DNA of 55,809 nucleotides from Perkinsus olseni (Eukaryota): NCBI GenBank assembly GCA_013115125.1, contig JABANN010000183.1, positions 1 to 55,809 of the forward strand, read 5' to 3'. Shown piece by piece: positions 50,980 to 55,809 of this stretch (position 1 is its first letter; each line of letters starts with the position of its first letter). The notes under the pieces were generated by a model. It saw only the letters and a program-made list of their open reading frames with translations, ran no database searches and was not told where the DNA came from. The position numbers and the translations under genes were made by a program.

Positions 50980-52545
50980 GGTCGATTAATGTGAAACTAG
51001 TATGATCGAGAAGGCGGCTACTGCAGCTACGGCTACGGCTAGTGCAGTCGCGAGTAAGTCACTCGGGCTTCCAACTGTCTTTTCATGCATGGTATACATG
51101 GCATAATTAGAAGTGATTTGGTCTTGTTATGGTATTTGCATTTTGCTATCGTATCTAGTTGACAACCGCTGGTCCCTCCCCGCCCGTCCTAGTACGACCG
51201 TCCGATCGATCGGCTTGCCGCCTCCCACCTCATGATGCTGGTCCACGAGTGGCCGCGTCCCCGTCTGCTGCCAAGTTGGCAGCTGGGTGTAGGAGGTTGG
51301 TGTAGATGGCGAGCTGGTCGAGATGGACGGTTAGTGGCGGAGGAGGACGGTAGGCGTTGTAGGTGAGATATTCTTCACACAGAGTTGGAGTATAACGTAA
51401 CCGTCACAATTATTCGTTGCTTCCTTTCAGCCCTGGCGAGAACGTCTATTACTACTTATTCTCTCGAGGCGATCCGTGTGGACGCAGGCGACATTTGATT
51501 TTTATTGTTATTTGAGACCAATTGTATTCGCAAGATAGGGCACCGGATAACGAGGCGGGGGTGTGATAACTGCTCTTTCTACATGCCACATGCGTGTAGG
51601 GACTATCACCCACCGTCTCTAATACCCTTGAGTGGGAGCGACTGCTGTTCGATGGTGCTCGTTTGAGAGCAATAGTGTTTTGTTCAGTGCAGAGGGTCGC
51701 TCGTGTATCTTGCGCTGCGAAGCTTTGTGTCTGTCCCGTCTGCGTGCGTACGGAATATTCTCGCGGTTTTGGTATCTTCGCGAGGTCAGACACGTCAGCG
51801 ATGGCGGTAGCGACCGAACTACGTACCTCTTCTGATGGCAATCATCATTTAGTTTACACTGTGCAGGACTGTGGTCGTGTGCTTTTTGGGGTTCTTCTGC
51901 GCGGTGGCGTCGGGGACAGCGAACACAATCGGCGTTGTGGCTAAGTTGTCGGTCTGCGTGAATGTCCCTTGGGGTCTCTCCTAGGCCGTTCTCACACTAG
52001 ACAAGATTGAACTCCGTTAGTTTGTTGATGAGATATTCGTAGGACAGACAGCAGAGGCTTGCCGGGGTTATTTCATGAATTTCTGATTGTTCTCTTGGGC
52101 GAGATCGCTGTAGCGAGGGGATTCATACGAGATCGAATCGTCGAGCTTAGCAGGCGGGTGTCGTGGGAAGGTCCCGAAAATTTTTGGCAGCACCCTGCAC
52201 AATAGCAGTGCTGTTGAAATCGTTCTTAAAATCGACGGGTAGTGTTATTGTGAGCGCATTGGGGTGCACGACTTCAAAATTCTCCTAGACAGTGGTTTCC
52301 GAAGTGAAAATAGTTTCGGCCGAATTTTTTCTAGCGTCGTCGACAGCGAGCTTTGTGTCGCCGGACCTCGGTGTTGGAAAGGCCTGCTGATTGGTGGTTT
52401 AAAAACATCATGGGGAGATTGAAAGCGGTTGGAAGCGAGAGGAGCGGCCGATGATTGGCGTAGAAGCTGGTGGCGAAGAGAAAGGGAGAGAGGATCGATG
52501 ACTGTTGCAGTTTTGGGCGTTGTTACTGTGTCCTGATTGGTCGCC

Positions 52546-53662
52546 ATGGTTCCTTTTTCCGATTTGACCGTCGTCGACAACTACGCGGCGAATAATATTT
52601 ATGCTGCTGGAAACAGCCAATCGAATTGTCACACCTATCACAAGGTAAATAGTGAGAAGATGGAGAGTGTGAAAACGCACGAGTATCCCTACGTGTATGA
52701 CGCGGAGGAATCTTCAACTGGTGAGTGCGGGGGCATCTTTGCGTTTCTTTGAAAGGATACGTTTAGGATTCCTGTGCATGCGTGCGAGCGTTTCATGTGG
52801 TAGTCACGTATCTTTATGTTCAGTTGCATCTTCTCCTAGCACTCCGTCCGTGACCGGCGCTCCTCGACGTCTCTCAAGTGTGGAGACCACCGCATCGGAC
52901 TCGGATGACGTCAGTGACGTTACCTCCGTCACCTGCAATAAGAAGCAGGCCCGTGGTCAAGAAGACAAGATTTCATCAGCTCATGATTATCATCAAGCTG
53001 TTGCTCCTGAGGTCCCCCAACGGTTCACTCCTGCTGTGAAGGAGCGGTTTGGGCGCGGTGTCCTCCCGAGAGCTTTCACCATCGTTATCCAGCACCTTGT
53101 TGGTATTGGTTCCGGTAAGGAGCCGCTTACTAGATTCCATTGCGTTAAGCGCCCTGGTAGGCCACAGCAGAAGGTTACGGATTTTACGCTGCATTGGTGC
53201 TCTTCCGTTCAGGTATCGAAATCGGCGATTATATTAGACGATTGGCGAAGCATTTCGATTGCAGCGATGAAGTCTTTGTTCTCTGTCTGATTTATATCGA
53301 CAGAGCCATTAAACGTGACGATACGTTTGCTGTTTCTGCCTTGAACGTTCACAGGTGAGTGCAGCAGTCTGGTTGCCCCTCTTGGTTGAGCTTCTGTCCT
53401 CAGGCTCGTTTTAACCGCCTTAACAGTAGCAGCTAAGTTCCATGACGACATTTACTACTCAAACGCTTTCTACGCGAGGGTAGGAGGAGTGTCAGTAGCA
53501 GAGCTCAACACACTGGAGTTGACTCTCTTAAAGATGATGGGTAGGTTAGCCCCTGTCAATGAGTTCCGAATGCATTTCCTCGTCTTTTCAGATTGGCAAT
53601 GCTTCGTGCCAACTGAGGAATACCAAATGTACGAGCGAAGTATAACTATGACTCTACCTTGA
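52546..53662 (+). CDS. PHO80/cyclin P/U-type cyclin, multi-exon
   Basis: [38 protein letters not shown] and [43 protein letters not shown]. Confidence 0.92.
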
Positions 53663-55321
53663 GTGGTATATGGAGGTTCACCTTTTGGCGGCATCACGAG
53701 TCGCCGTCACTTATCACCGCAGTGTGTGTTCGTGACGATGTGGCTTGTAGTGTCTGCATGCTTGTTTGAATTGTTACATTACAGTACATTACCAGCTACT
53801 AGCCGATCAGCGATGGCAAGCCGTACTGACTGCTGTGTCGCTACATTGGATATTTTTCCACGTAATCCACCCTAGGATTGGTTGTCGGCGAGGAGTGCGG
53901 AAGACACGTATGAGGTAAGCAGCCGTACTCAGTGTTACTCATTGATTATTCTCTCGAATGTCAGACTTTGATCTGAGGGTTGTGGCCATTATTGCGCCTG
54001 TTAAGTTCCTCACTACGCTAGAGATGGCATTCCCTTTAGAGTAAGGTCTCGGTGGCTGTGGCTTGAGAATTTTGGATGATTTTTCTCGTCTTTTTTCAGC
54101 GTCTTCCGCCCCCAATCGACTACTTCCAACTCGCGCTTCTGCGCCCAGCGTGCAGCGCTCTACGCTACGCCAGTGTCGCTGCTAGTCTACTGCAGATGGA
54201 GTAGTTCGGCCTCCTAGGGTCGAGTATTTCTATTTCATCACTCATCTGGTCGTGCCTGTCGTGTACTGCTATTTCATGGTAATTGATTGAGAATGTTCTT
54301 TGCTATATCTTACGTGTCCTTATTGCCTCTCGAGGATAGTTACCGGTTGTTCGATGTTCACTTATACCCTTCCATTAACATCAACAACAACCGTGGCCGT
54401 CCATATTGTCACTATTCTCTGTGTTCCTCAAGTCTCTCCCTCCAAACCCCTCCCTCTAACGTCTCTTCTTCACTACTATCATACTATCACTCAGTTAGCG
54501 CACTAGCGCTATTACCGAGAGTGTAGGTCTGTATTCTCTCTGCGTGTTGATCATCAGTCACGAGGAAGAATTCCCAAATGTAGAATGTTTCTTCCAACTT
54601 TCCCTCCCAGGGAATGCTGACTTCACGCTCTAGTCCATTTGATAAGTTCACCATTGCCCTGACATGGGTAAGAAAGTATGCGTTACTGTTCCTGATACAT
54701 TGCAACGCGTGAGTACTCTTTGAGTTGTTACGGGGAGGCTGTGGACATCTGTAGTTCCAAACTGAAATAGTTATGCACCTGTGATGAATGCGGTGAAAAT
54801 GTTTCAGTATATGCAACCGATTTGAAGACATGGGGAATCTGAGTGCGAGTCTTTACACAAAAACGTGTGTGAATGTGGAACATCTATTTTTTGTAGCAAC
54901 TATCGGGTGCTGCGAGAAATAATATAGCACGAACTAACTGCGGTGATAGGCATCGGACGGTATAGCTTATTTGCCTATCATGTATCTTTCGACTTACTGT
55001 GATTCGGTACAACGAAGGTCGCGGGATGATGTAGGACAATAAATTCACCACGTTGGATACATTAGTACGGATATAGCAGCGGGATATTCACTAAGTGGGA
55101 CCCTCATACTCGACAGCGCAATTTGTTCACGGAGGCGATAACTTAGGCCAGCGAAGACGACGATAGTAAGGTCTTCCTCTCGCGAACGCGACAGTCGCCA
55201 TCCTGGAGGCCTCGGTAATCGATCATCCACCGCTCATCCTTGTGCGCTTCCACCGCTGAGCTGACGCGGTCATCTCCGGTGCCCATTGCGCCAACTCGGC
55301 CGACGTCTCACTACACCATTT

Positions 55322-55419
55322 CCAGACCTACTTAGTAAAACCCCAGACCAAATTAGTAAAACCCCAGAGCAATTTAATAAAGCCCAAACCAAAATAGTAT
55401 AACCTCAGAGCAATTTAGT
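55322..55419. repeat. Degenerate ~21-bp tandem repeat, about 4.5 copies
   Basis: ttagtaaaaccccagaccaaa / ttagtaaaaccccagagcaat / ttaataaagcccaaaccaaa / atagtataacctcagagcaat. Confidence 0.8.
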
Positions 55420-55809
55420 CGCCGACTAGTAGTCGGCACGCGAGATGCATCCGGTTCGTACTTCCCGGCCCAGGGACTCGCCATGAGTGGCGGGAGAGGC
55501 GGTGGAATGAAGGCAGAATACCTCCTGGTGTACTGGAGGAAGTAGCTTCAAAAAGGGCCCCTTTTTGAAGCTGAGGGCTGGTGGCTAGCTGGTGGCCGCT
55601 TCAACCCCTTTTAAAGGGGTTACAGCGCCCACTCCGTAACTTTGTATACGATGCTTCGATCACGCCCAAACATTGTACCCCGGTTGCTCAGCTATGGAAG
55701 GCATGCCAGTCGGAGCCCCGGTATCGAATGTTTAGTGATAACTTGAAAAACCTGCGATCTTTAGGATACCGAGTGCTTACTTCATGTAGGCCGATTGTGA
55801 GTTTTTCCG

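Noticed and set aside
51020-51045. Spliced-leader relic (ccgtagcc on the minus strand)
   Set aside because: Only an 8-nt match inside a short ctacgg repeat; the rest of the SL sequence is absent.
55336-55365. Telomeric (aaaacccc) repeats
   Set aside because: The motif occurs only within 21-bp units and not as a contiguous telomere array.

Overview
Eukaryotic, gene-dense, intron-rich DNA with many introns of about 45-80 nt (mostly GT-AG, at least one GC-AG). The style suggests a Perkinsus-like alveolate; this is an inference, since no marker gene is present. Spliced genes I can recognise are: two tandem Mn-dependent ADP-ribose/CDP-alcohol diphosphatases, a VTT/SNARE-associated membrane protein, ADAT3/Tad3, Erv1/ALR, a SHIPPO/PGP-repeat axonemal protein, APC10, a bromodomain protein, two tandem GDSAG alpha/beta-hydrolases, a SAM-like protein, a DGAT2, DBP2/DDX5 and a PHO80/cyclin-P-type cyclin. 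There are also several lineage-specific hypothetical genes. Non-coding structure includes a TA-flanked 736-bp MITE inside an intron, a TTA-flanked 641-bp PIF/Harbinger-type MITE, a 48-bp hairpin minisatellite spanning an assembly gap, and a palindrome/repeat cluster at the right end. There are two top observations. (1) Manual splicing joins the DGAT2 in frame to an upstream, degenerate group-I truncated-globin-like domain that apparently lacks the proximal His. (2) tRNA 3'-half (T-arm/B-box) sequences start right at the 5' splice site of two unrelated short introns. Gene boundaries come from manual splicing and are approximate where stated.
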